Positions 43,706-51,998 of a stretch of 64,000 nucleotides of DNA are shown here, piece by piece. The translations under genes and the position numbers were made by a program. The stretch covers positions 7,797 through 71,796 of the forward strand of contig DASUYU010000080.1 in NCBI GenBank assembly GCA_036377235.1. Reading direction: 5' to 3'. The notes beneath the pieces are model-generated. The model was not told the DNA's origin, did not search any database, and worked only from the letters and a program-made list of their open reading frames with translations. Position 1 is the stretch's first letter; each line of letters begins with the position of its first letter. The stretch is from Thermoleophilaceae bacterium. GTDB lineage: Bacteria; Actinomycetota; Thermoleophilia; Solirubrobacterales; Thermoleophilaceae.

Positions 43706-43721
43706 CCGGAGCACGGGCGCA

Positions 43722-43748
43722 GGGCGGCCGGGGAGAGGCCGGCCGCCC
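43722..43748. terminator. 10-bp GC hairpin between convergent genes
   Basis: GGGCGGCCGG-ggagagg-CCGGCCGCCC. It lies between the MihF-like stop (43705) and the VOC stop (43756). Confidence 0.55.
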
Positions 43749-43755
43749 TACGCCG

Positions 43756-44142
43756 CTACGCCGCTATTTCGACGATGTGTCCGTCGGGGTCGCGCAGGTA
43801 GATCGACTTCGCGCCCGTCCGGTCCAGCACGTCCGTCGTCGGAATGCCCTTCTCCGTGAGGTAGGTCCGCCAGGCGGCGAGCTCCTCCTCGGACTCGACC
43901 GCGAGGGCGAAGTGATGCGTGGATCCTCGGCCGACCTTCCCCTCGTCCAGATCCGGGTACTCGAGACACGTGACCAGCGGCTGCCCGTCGGCGTCCCCGA
44001 AGATGAAGTGGCGGGCGCTCCCGTCGTCGTCGTTGACCGTCTGCTTGACCAGTTGCATCCCGAGGACGTTGCGGTAGAACGCCAGCGATCGCTCCACGTC
44101 GCTGACGAGCAGCGTGATGTGGTGGATCCCCGTGATCCTCAT
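43756..44142 (-). CDS. VOC/glyoxalase family protein
   Basis: ATG 44142: MRITGIHHITLLVSDVERSLAFYRNVLGM...HHFALAV...IYLRDPDGHIVEI. Confidence 0.85.
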   Translation of the reverse strand: MRITGIHHITLLVSDVERSLAFYRNVLGMQLVKQTVNDDDGSARHFIFGDADGQPLVTCLEYPDLDEGKVGRGSTHHFALAVESEEELAAWRTYLTEKGIPTTDVLDRTGAKSIYLRDPDGHIVEIAA

Positions 44143-44153
44143 CCGGCGCTCGT

Positions 44154-44621
44154 TCACCGGAACCCGAGCCCCCCGGACCGGCGCTTGAAGATCTCGCGCA
44201 TCGCGTAGAACGTACCGGCGAAGACGAGAGCGCCGACCACCACGAGGATCCACACCTTCACCGGGCCGAGGCCGAGCGCGACCACGGTGACGGCCACGAA
44301 GGCGGCCACGCCGGCGAGCAGGCTCGAGTGCGACCGGTATCCGCCGAGATGCTCGCGAAGCGCCAGCTCCCCGCCGCCGAGTGAGGCGATCACGAGGCCG
44401 GCCGCGAGCATCTCCCCGCCGCCCGACCCGCGCGCGGCGCCCCAGAGGATGAGGACGAGGCCGAGCAGGATGACGAGCTCGGACAGCGGGAATTTGCCCC
44501 ACGGCGCCGCCGGGCGATCCGACGTGGCACGGCGCGCGGGCGGCTCGGCGGCCCGCTCACGGCGGGCGGCGTCGCGCTCCGCGCGCGTCGACTCACCGCG
44601 CTTGCGGCTGCGCCTTCCCAT
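44154..44621 (-). CDS. Hypothetical membrane protein (basic N-terminus, ~4 TM)
   Basis: The Arg-rich N-terminal ~40 aa are followed by hydrophobic helices. The start abuts the upstream stop (TGAATG). Confidence 0.55.
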   Translation of the reverse strand: MGRRSRKRGESTRAERDAARRERAAEPPARRATSDRPAAPWGKFPLSELVILLGLVLILWGAARGSGGGEMLAAGLVIASLGGGELALREHLGGYRSHSSLLAGVAAFVAVTVVALGLGPVKVWILVVVGALVFAGTFYAMREIFKRRSGGLGFR

Positions 44622-45125
44622 TCAGGTGGCTAACGGGCAACCGGAGCTGATGACGACGCGCCACCAGTTCATCAGCATGCCGACGAGCCCGAAGCGCGGC
44701 CGCACATGCCAGTGCTTGCAGCCCCGCTCGCCGATGTCCTCCGCCGAGACGCGCCGCCACCTGTGGCGCTCCGGCTCGAGCATCATCTCCTCGATCAGGC
44801 GGCGGTTGCCGTCCTCGACCCAGGTGCGGTCGGACAGCGCCCGGCGGGCATCCGAGATCCGCCCCGCCAGCTCGTCGCGGAGCTCCTCGAGCTCGGCCAG
44901 CGAGAGCAGTCGCGGCCCGCCGCCGCGACCGCCGACGGTCGGGTGCGGCATGTGGGTGCGCGGCCAGGTGGCGCAGAAGACCGACGCGAGCTCGCCCTCG
45001 AGGCGGGCGACCTGGTCGAGCAGGGTGCGCCGAACGGCGCGCTCGTCGGGGAGCGCCTCCCTTATGGGGACAGGACTAATCCTGTCCCCATACATCGGCC
45101 TGTCGACCACGTCAGGCACTCGCAT
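44622..45125 (-). CDS. Hypothetical protein (167 aa)
   Basis: High GC3, except at the embedded palindrome. It overlaps the upstream B3/4 gene by 14 nt. No family recognised. Confidence 0.5.
   Translation of the reverse strand: MRVPDVVDRPMYGDRISPVPIREALPDERAVRRTLLDQVARLEGELASVFCATWPRTHMPHPTVGGRGGGPRLLSLAELEELRDELAGRISDARRALSDRTWVEDGNRRLIEEMMLEPERHRWRRVSAEDIGERGCKHWHVRPRFGLVGMLMNWWRVVISSGCPLAT
45063..45092. repeat. Perfect 13-bp inverted repeat with 4-nt loop (TATGGGGACAGGA-ctaa-TCCTGTCCCCATA)
   Basis: It is located inside the first ~20 codons of 44622..45125 and 20 nt downstream of the B3/4 stop. It is built from codons that are unusually AT-ending for this genome (AGG ATT AGT CCT). Confidence 0.6.
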
Positions 45126-45765
45126 CAGTGTAAAGCGTCTCGGCCGCGGACCAAAGCGCTTCCTCGAGGCAGATCCGCGGCACCCCCTTCACTCCCAGGG
45201 CGCACACCGCCATCCGCTCGGTCTCCGGCGTCACGCCCGCGCCGCGGCTCACGTCGCCCAGCACCACCGCCACGGGCCGATCGGCGTCGGCCACGACGAG
45301 CTGGCGCGCCGACAGCGGTCGCACGCCGTCGAGCGTCTCGCCCGCGCGCGCCAGCCGCAGCCCGAGCGCCGGATCCACCTTGGCGGCGTCCAGTGCGATC
45401 AGCGGCACGCCGGTCTCGGCGATCGCGATCGTGAGCGCGTCGTCCACGATGTTCTCGCTGTGCAGCCCGCCCTGCTTCAGCCGCCGCAGGGCGACCGCCT
45501 CCACCGGCGTGCGGTCGTGGTCCGGGTCGATCCCCACCTGGCGCGAGAAGACGCGGTACGCCCACGGAACCGGGTCCTGGCGCATGTGCACGACCTTCCC
45601 GCCGGTGTAGCGATCGGCGAGCATGCGGAGCCGCTTGCGCACCTCGGGCGGCGAGCGCGTGGGCCGCACGTCGAGCCACGTGTTGAGCAGCCTCAGCTCG
45701 GGGAACTCCTGCGCCAGCTCCCGCTCGACCCAGCCGTCCACGAGGTCGAGCTCCGGCTCGGTCAT
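45112..45765 (-). CDS. B3/B4 tRNA-binding-domain-containing protein
   Basis: YRVFSRQVGIDPDHDRTPVEAVALRRLKQGGLHSENIVDDALTIAIAETGVPLIALD matches the stand-alone B3_4 domain pattern (G.dP...RPS.EAL.RR..kG..l..iN.lVD..N). Confidence 0.6.
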   Translation of the reverse strand: MTEPELDLVDGWVERELAQEFPELRLLNTWLDVRPTRSPPEVRKRLRMLADRYTGGKVVHMRQDPVPWAYRVFSRQVGIDPDHDRTPVEAVALRRLKQGGLHSENIVDDALTIAIAETGVPLIALDAAKVDPALGLRLARAGETLDGVRPLSARQLVVADADRPVAVVLGDVSRGAGVTPETERMAVCALGVKGVPRICLEEALWSAAETLYTDASA

Positions 45766-46478
45766 CCCACCAGCTTCCTCGTCCTCGCCCGGAGCTGATC
45801 CTCGGTGAGGTTGCCCACGTTCGTGTCGCGCACGCGCCCGTCGCGCGCGAAGACGGTGATCGGACAGACGCCCACGCCATACAGATTCACGACTGCGCCG
45901 TCCGTGTCAACCGCCACCGGCTGATGCCAGCGGCGGGCGATGGCGAGGTTCTTGGTCTCGGTCTTCGAGTCGCCGCTCACGACGGTCACGAAGCGCACGT
46001 TCGGGAACTCGCCGCGGATCCGCTCCACGCGGTCCACCTGCGGCTCGCAGTCGGTCCCGCGCGTGACCACGAACGTCATCACCCGGGCGCCCCGCTCCCT
46101 CGGGCACACCGTCACGATGCCGTTCCCGCGCACCTCGCAGGCCGGCACCGGTCCGGCATTCTTGTTGCAGGGCTTCCTCTGGCACACGTTCGCGTCGCCC
46201 CCCTCCTTGTCGCCGGCGGCGCTCGGAGCCGCGAAGGCCGGCAGCGGCCGCCCCACCTCGGGCCCTCTCAGCCCCTTCCCCTGGTTCGGCAGCGTCTCGG
46301 CGAAGAGCAGGACGCCGAGTCCCATCACGGCCAGGATGCCGACAGCCCAGGCGTACTTGTTCCCCGGCCGCGGCACCTCCGGCCGGCGCGTGGGCTCCGG
46401 GTGCGTGCGGTCCCGCTCGGCGAGCCGCTCCCCGACCGAGAGGTCCTCGAAGCGGTCCCCGTTCTCGTGCTCGGTCAC
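45762..46478 (-). CDS. Membrane-anchored thioredoxin-fold (TlpA/ResA-like) protein with degenerate active site
   Basis: GTG 46478 forms a GTGA overlap with the MMPL stop. TM anchor AWAVGILAVMGLGVLLF, then a RPLPAFAAP...VMTFVVTRGTDCEPQ...PITVFARDGRV thioredoxin-like pattern. CEPQ replaces CxxC, and there is a 4-Cys insertion. Confidence 0.55.
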   Translation of the reverse strand: MTEHENGDRFEDLSVGERLAERDRTHPEPTRRPEVPRPGNKYAWAVGILAVMGLGVLLFAETLPNQGKGLRGPEVGRPLPAFAAPSAAGDKEGGDANVCQRKPCNKNAGPVPACEVRGNGIVTVCPRERGARVMTFVVTRGTDCEPQVDRVERIRGEFPNVRFVTVVSGDSKTETKNLAIARRWHQPVAVDTDGAVVNLYGVGVCPITVFARDGRVRDTNVGNLTEDQLRARTRKLVG

Positions 46479-49105
46479 GGGGCGTCGGGCTGAGCGCGGC
46501 TCGGCCTGATCGCTCCGAGCAGGTCGCGTACGCGGAAGGGTCCGTGCTCCTCGGCCCACAGGAGCGCCGCCGGCAGCACGATCATGACCCCGAGGAGCGA
46601 CACGGTCAGGTCGACGACGGTGACGATCCCGAAGTCGCGCAGCATCCGGATGTCCGAGAAGACGAGCGCGGCGAAGCCGGCGATCGCGGTGATCCCGGAC
46701 GCGAGCACCGCCGCACCGGTGGACGCGTACGTAAGCTCGATCGCCCGCGCCGGGCCGGCGCCGCCGTCGCGCTCCTGGCGATAGCGCGCCGACAGCAGCA
46801 CGCTGAACTCGGTCGAGATCGCGATCACGAGCGCGCTGAGCGTCACGGACATCGGGTTGAGGTCCACCTCGAGCGGCCCCGGGAGGAGACCCAGCACGAA
46901 CACGACCAGCCCCGACCATCCGGTGGCGAGCGCGATCGGGATCAGCGGCACCGCGGCCTCCCGGGCCGACCGGCGCGCGACGAGCAGCACGAGGAACACG
47001 CCGGCCAGCGCCGCGAGCAGCGTGAGCGCGCGGCGCCACGGAGAGGACAGGGCGCCGTTCGCCTCGGCGGCCAGCACGGGCAGGCCGACCACGGAAGCCT
47101 CCACGCCGGGCGGCGGCTTGAGCCGCGACTTGATGTCGTCCACGACGTCCTTCTGGCGGTCGAGCGGCATCAGCCGGATGCCGAACGCCAGGTTGGCGGT
47201 CTTCCGGTCCCTGGTCACCACTCCCTGCGAGAAGTACGCCGGCACGGCGTCGAGCAGCCGCCGCACCGCCGCCTGCCCGGTGCCGGCGGTGCTGAACAGG
47301 TCGGGCAGCGACAGCGCCGGGCACAGCTCCGGCGGGTTGCGCTCCTGCGTGCAGCGCTTCCCGGTCCGGAACCCGTGCGCCTTCAGCACCTGGTCCTGGA
47401 AGCGCGTCATCCAGGCGACCACCGCCGGGTCGGTGATGTCGTCGGCCCGGATCGTCACGTCGATCTCGCCGGAGACGCCGGTCTCCCTCTGCAGCGTGTC
47501 CACGTCCCGGAGCGCGCTCAGATCCTGGGGCACGAGCTCTTGGATGTCGGAGGTCACCGTCGTCTGCGTGTCCAGCGCGAGCCCGACGAGCGCCACGGCG
47601 AGCCCGATGGCGAGCACGCGGCGTGGCCGCGACAGCGAGAACCCGAGCGTGCGCCACGAGCGGTCGGCGAGCCACTCCTTCGCACCCTCCAGCCGGGGAT
47701 GGGTTCGCAGGTTCGCCAGGCGATCGGGCTTCCCGGGCCGCGAGAACCGCGTGAGCGCCGCGAAGCCCGCGCACAGGGCGCAGGCGAGCGCGACGAAGAT
47801 GCCCACCACGAGCAGCGCGCCGAAGCCGCGCACCATCGGCACGGGCGACAGGAGCAGCACGAGGAAGCCGGTGGCCGTGGCCACCCCGGCCGTGAGGATC
47901 GTCGGCCCGCCGCTCGTGACGGCGGCCACGGCCGGCTCGGGCTCGCCGCGCGCCTCCGCCTCGCTGTAGCGCGCCTGGAACTGGATCGCGTAGTCCACCG
48001 CGAGGCCGATCAGGACCGGCAGCGCCGCGATCGACGCCATCGTCAGGTCGCCGCCGGCCAGCGACAGGGCGCCGAAGGTCATGGCGGCCGCCGCGAGCGC
48101 GAGCGCCAGCGGCAGAAGCCGCAGCTTCGCGTTGAAGACGAGCGCCAGCGTGCCGGCCATCAGCACGAGCGCCGCTCCGAGCAGCACGAAGATCGCGCTG
48201 CGCACGGCGTCCGCCAGTCCCGCCGCCACCACCGGCACGCCGGTCACGATGTACTTGGCCCCGCGCTTCGGCTGGAACACCTTCTCCCGTGTCGCGGTCC
48301 GGATCAGGTCGATCGCGTGCTGCTGCTCGGCGTCCGTCAGGTCCGGACGCAGCCGGATCTGCACCAGGGCGGCGTTCTTAGACGGGAACAGGTACGCGAA
48401 GCGCGACTTCGGAATGCCCGTCTGCCCGGTGGTCCGATCGAAGACCAGTGCGGAGACGAAGCTCGGGTCGCTGATGCTCGGCGCGCCGCTGATCCCGTAC
48501 CTGAGCGCCTGCCGGAGGATGTCCGAGACGAACTTCGCCTGTACCGCCTTCGCCGCCGCCTCGGCCAGGCGGCGCTGCTCGGCCGGCGGATCGCCGCGCC
48601 GCTTCGACAGCCGCCGGGCGGCCTCGGCCGCCTGCTGGGCCTGCACCTGCGACTGGCCCGCCTGCCGGCTGAGCTGGTCGCGGATCTGGTTGACGGCCGT
48701 GTTGATGAACGTGCCCGGCCCGTACACCACCTTCGCCGGGTGCAGGTCGGCGATCTGGCGGCACACCGGCGGCAGGCTGCCGAGCCCCTGCTTGTTGTCG
48801 GGCACGTTCCCGCTGAGGCAGCCCTCGAGCCGGATCAGCCGGCCGAGGTCCGACGTGAGAACGGTCTTCTGGACGTCGCCGTGGACCATGACCAGGATCG
48901 CCTCGCCGCCGAAGTCCTGCTTGAACCGCTCGGTGTCCCTGTAGGTATCCGAGCCGCGGTTCACGAGCGTGGACGTGGCCGCGCTCGTGTCGAGCCGGAG
49001 CGCCAGCACGGCGCCGCCCAGAGCGAGCACGGCCGTCACGCCCAGCACCGGCAGCGGATGCCGGCTCACGCCTCCCACGAGGCGTCGTAGCGCGCGCCCG
49101 ATCAC
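46475..49105 (-). CDS. MMPL/RND-superfamily membrane transporter
   Basis: 876 aa with two 6-TM bundles and two large extracytoplasmic loops. N-terminus RHPLPVLGVTAVLALGGAVLALRL. Repeated ...SG.T..AGF..L.FS.. motifs. Confidence 0.88.
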   Translation of the reverse strand: MIGRALRRLVGGVSRHPLPVLGVTAVLALGGAVLALRLDTSAATSTLVNRGSDTYRDTERFKQDFGGEAILVMVHGDVQKTVLTSDLGRLIRLEGCLSGNVPDNKQGLGSLPPVCRQIADLHPAKVVYGPGTFINTAVNQIRDQLSRQAGQSQVQAQQAAEAARRLSKRRGDPPAEQRRLAEAAAKAVQAKFVSDILRQALRYGISGAPSISDPSFVSALVFDRTTGQTGIPKSRFAYLFPSKNAALVQIRLRPDLTDAEQQHAIDLIRTATREKVFQPKRGAKYIVTGVPVVAAGLADAVRSAIFVLLGAALVLMAGTLALVFNAKLRLLPLALALAAAAMTFGALSLAGGDLTMASIAALPVLIGLAVDYAIQFQARYSEAEARGEPEPAVAAVTSGGPTILTAGVATATGFLVLLLSPVPMVRGFGALLVVGIFVALACALCAGFAALTRFSRPGKPDRLANLRTHPRLEGAKEWLADRSWRTLGFSLSRPRRVLAIGLAVALVGLALDTQTTVTSDIQELVPQDLSALRDVDTLQRETGVSGEIDVTIRADDITDPAVVAWMTRFQDQVLKAHGFRTGKRCTQERNPPELCPALSLPDLFSTAGTGQAAVRRLLDAVPAYFSQGVVTRDRKTANLAFGIRLMPLDRQKDVVDDIKSRLKPPPGVEASVVGLPVLAAEANGALSSPWRRALTLLAALAGVFLVLLVARRSAREAAVPLIPIALATGWSGLVVFVLGLLPGPLEVDLNPMSVTLSALVIAISTEFSVLLSARYRQERDGGAGPARAIELTYASTGAAVLASGITAIAGFAALVFSDIRMLRDFGIVTVVDLTVSLLGVMIVLPAALLWAEEHGPFRVRDLLGAIRPSRAQPDAP

Positions 49106-49125
49106 GCCGTCAGCTTAGGAGAGAG

Positions 49126-50625
49126 CTACGGCAGAGGCTGAAGGTGGGGGAAGGCACCGGGCTGGCCGACGAACCGGCCGAGCGGCGCCTGCGGGTCGCA
49201 CGGCGGGGTGGCGTTGCGGTTCTCCGTGCCCCCGAACACGAACTTGTCGATGTCGTCCACGACCTTCTGCGGCAGGAACTCGTTCGCGTCCGGCATGGCC
49301 GGCGACGGGCGCGAGGTGCACAGGTAGCTCCCGTACACCTCGAGATGGCCCTCGGTGCGGAGCTTGTCGTACCCGCCGGGCTCCGTGTACGGGTTGGAGC
49401 GGTTGGTGCCGAGCCGGTACGGATAGCCGGTCATCATCTCCGGGTCCAGCGGACTCGCGACTCGAACGTAGTGCAGGAAGTCCGCCGGGTTGGCGAAGCC
49501 CTGCTCCCTCCCCTGTGTGGCGGCCGAGATGTTGCCGAGGAAGGCGGTGATCTCGCGGTCGTACAGGCCCAGGTAGTCCACGATCGGGGTGAAGTTCTTG
49601 AGCCACGGGTCGAGCCGGCGGAGCAGCGGCTTCGTGTTGTCGAGCACCTCGCCCGTGGCCGGCAGGCCGCGGCGGGACACGCGCACCAACGGGTCGAGGT
49701 TCGTGAACACGCTCTTCAGGTCCGGCGCGAGCGCGTCCAGCTCGCGCAGCGTCGGCGAGAGCGCCCTGGCCGCCGGCCGCAGCTGGGTGATGAGCGGGTT
49801 GGTGTTGTCGGCGAAGCGCGTGAGCCTCGCGGTGGTGGCGCGGCCCTCGCGCAGGAAGGTCGGGAGCACGACGAACGTCTCGGCGAACTGCCGGTCGCGG
49901 CTCGCGATCGCCTGCCAGGTCCGGTTCGAGTTGCTGATGAGGTCGCGCAGCTGGCCCTTGCGCTCGCTGAGCGCGTCGAAGACGTAGCCCGTGTCGCGTA
50001 CGAATCGCTTCGTCGCGCCGCTCTGCTGGCGCAGCACCGCGAGCACTCTGTCCGTGTCCTCGGCGAACGGCGTGAGCAGCCCGAGCGCGTCGTTCAGGTG
50101 CTCGGCGTTGCCCTGAGCCGCTATGCCGGCCTGGTCGAACCAGGTGGAGAAGCGGTTGCGAGTCTGCGGGTCGAATGCGCGCAGGATCTCGTCGAGCTCG
50201 ACCGTGTCGGAGACCTGGCCGGGCGAGAGCTTGCCGCCGTCCTGGATGAACCCCGCGGAGTGGCTGCCGGGCGACAGCTCCACGTACGTCTCGCCGAGCA
50301 GGGTCTTCTGACGCAGGATCGCGCGCGTGTCCTTCGGGATCGGCGCATAGCGCGCGTCGATCTCGAGCACCGCGTCGGTCAGGCCGGTGTGGACATTCGG
50401 CTCCTTCGTCTTCACGCGCCCCACGCGCACGCCGGAGATCCTCACGTCCGCCTCCTGCGCCAGCTGCGTCGCCGAGGGGAAGCCGACGCTCACCCGGTAG
50501 CCCTCCGGCTGAAGCGGCACGGAGCCGCCGAAGCTGAGCCACAGGAACACGAGGATGCCGAAGCACGACAGCGTGAAGGCGACCATCGCGAAGATCCGTG
50601 TGAGGCTTGGCGTCTGCTTGATCAT
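49126..50625 (-). CDS. MCE (MlaD-domain) family protein, sixth of six (MceF position)
   Basis: ATG 50625 (ATGA overlap): MIKQTPSLTRIFAMVAFTLSCFGILVF. MCE core: Y.V.V.F..A..L....DVRISGV.VG.V, LLGETYVELSPGS. Confidence 0.9.
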   Translation of the reverse strand: MIKQTPSLTRIFAMVAFTLSCFGILVFLWLSFGGSVPLQPEGYRVSVGFPSATQLAQEADVRISGVRVGRVKTKEPNVHTGLTDAVLEIDARYAPIPKDTRAILRQKTLLGETYVELSPGSHSAGFIQDGGKLSPGQVSDTVELDEILRAFDPQTRNRFSTWFDQAGIAAQGNAEHLNDALGLLTPFAEDTDRVLAVLRQQSGATKRFVRDTGYVFDALSERKGQLRDLISNSNRTWQAIASRDRQFAETFVVLPTFLREGRATTARLTRFADNTNPLITQLRPAARALSPTLRELDALAPDLKSVFTNLDPLVRVSRRGLPATGEVLDNTKPLLRRLDPWLKNFTPIVDYLGLYDREITAFLGNISAATQGREQGFANPADFLHYVRVASPLDPEMMTGYPYRLGTNRSNPYTEPGGYDKLRTEGHLEVYGSYLCTSRPSPAMPDANEFLPQKVVDDIDKFVFGGTENRNATPPCDPQAPLGRFVGQPGAFPHLQPLP

Positions 50626-51998
50626 GGGACGAAGTTGTCCGGAGGCTGGTTCTGCGGGCAGGCCTGCTGCTCCGGCGGCAGGTTCAGGAGCGTGGCCAGG
50701 AGTCCGAGCTGCGGGTTGCCGAGGATGACCTGCTCGAGGACGTTGTAGTTGTTGCAGTTGACGAGCACGATGCTGCGCCGGATCGGCCCCTGCGCGTCCT
50801 GGAGGTCGAACATCGTGGCGCCGGCGTGCGACGCCCACGCGGCCCAGAAGTTGAACGGGCGCCGCGCGCCGGGCGGGTCGTAGGCGAGCATGTTGAAGAA
50901 GCGGTTGAGCACGCCGAACGTGCGCGACAGCCTCGGCGTGACGACGGCCAGGTCGTTCGTCGCGGAGCGGAGGTCGCGCACCGTGGGCTGCACGTCGCGC
51001 GCAAACGGCCGGATCTGGTCGCGGACGATCGGGGTCGTCTCGCGGAAGAACGGCTGGGTCTTCCGGAGCGCCGGAGCCAGCTCGCGCGCGAACGGCCGCA
51101 GCCGCTCGAGCGCGGGACCGAGCTCCGCCGCCAGCGAGCTCGTCTTCGTGAGCGTCTGGCGAGTCTGCTCGAGCGCGCCGGGGAACAGCCGCACCGCCTC
51201 GCGCAGCGACGACTCCTGCGATGCGAAAGCCTGGAAGTTCGCGTTCGCCGAGTCCACGAGGCCGGCGAGCTGCCGGTCACGGTGGGCCAGCGCCGTCGAC
51301 AGCTCCTGGAAGTTGTGGATCACGTGCCTGAGGTTCTGGCGCCGCTCAGCCAGCTGTCGCGTGATCCGCGCGCCGTAGCGCGCGGTCGGCTCGAAGCGCT
51401 TGAACGTCTCGCGGAGGTCCTGCGCGGCAGTCTGCGAGTAGCGCCTGTCGGCGCCGGTGACCCTGTCGTCGAAGGCCGTGCCGCCCGCGTTCAGCAGGAT
51501 CTGCAGGTACGCGCGCGTGTCGCCGTCGAGCTCCGCGAGGACCTCGTCGCTGTTCACGTCGGGCAGCGTGTTCGCCACCCGCACGCGGCCGCCCTCGGGG
51601 AGGTCGCCCGCGCTCCGCGAGCCCGGGTCGAGCGCCAGGTACATGTCCTTCAGGCCGGTCTTCGGGCGCATCAGGACGGAGGCGTCGCGATAGATCGGCC
51701 GGTACTTCTCCTGGATGTCCATGTCGATGACGGCGATGCCGTCCTCGAGCTTCACGGAGCCCACCTCGCCGACCTTCACGCCGGCGACGTTCACGGTCTG
51801 CCCCTGGCCCGGCACGATGGCCTGGCCGCTCGGCAGCTCCGCCTTCACGACGTAGAAGTCGGTCCCGATCACGGGCACCCACGCCGGCAGGTAGAAGCGC
51901 TGGTTCGACAGGACGTAGCCGACGATCCCGAGCGACCCGACGAGCAGGAACAGGATCGCGATGAACACGCGCGCCTGCTTCTTGATCTGCCGCTTCAC
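50622..51998 (-). CDS. MCE family protein (MceE position)
   Basis: GTG 51998 (GTGA overlap). TM anchor, then YVVKAELPSGQAIVPGQGQTVNVAGVKVGEV and LKDMYLALDPGS. Confidence 0.9.
   Translation of the reverse strand: MKRQIKKQARVFIAILFLLVGSLGIVGYVLSNQRFYLPAWVPVIGTDFYVVKAELPSGQAIVPGQGQTVNVAGVKVGEVGSVKLEDGIAVIDMDIQEKYRPIYRDASVLMRPKTGLKDMYLALDPGSRSAGDLPEGGRVRVANTLPDVNSDEVLAELDGDTRAYLQILLNAGGTAFDDRVTGADRRYSQTAAQDLRETFKRFEPTARYGARITRQLAERRQNLRHVIHNFQELSTALAHRDRQLAGLVDSANANFQAFASQESSLREAVRLFPGALEQTRQTLTKTSSLAAELGPALERLRPFARELAPALRKTQPFFRETTPIVRDQIRPFARDVQPTVRDLRSATNDLAVVTPRLSRTFGVLNRFFNMLAYDPPGARRPFNFWAAWASHAGATMFDLQDAQGPIRRSIVLVNCNNYNVLEQVILGNPQLGLLATLLNLPPEQQACPQNQPPDNFVP

Noticed and set aside
46544-49090. 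848-aa ORF (+), plus the N-terminal ~430 aa of ORF 45762..47774 (-)
   Set aside because: They are antisense or out-of-frame shadows of the MMPL gene. Only the last 238 codons of 45762..47774 (from GTG 46478) look like a real thioredoxin-fold protein.
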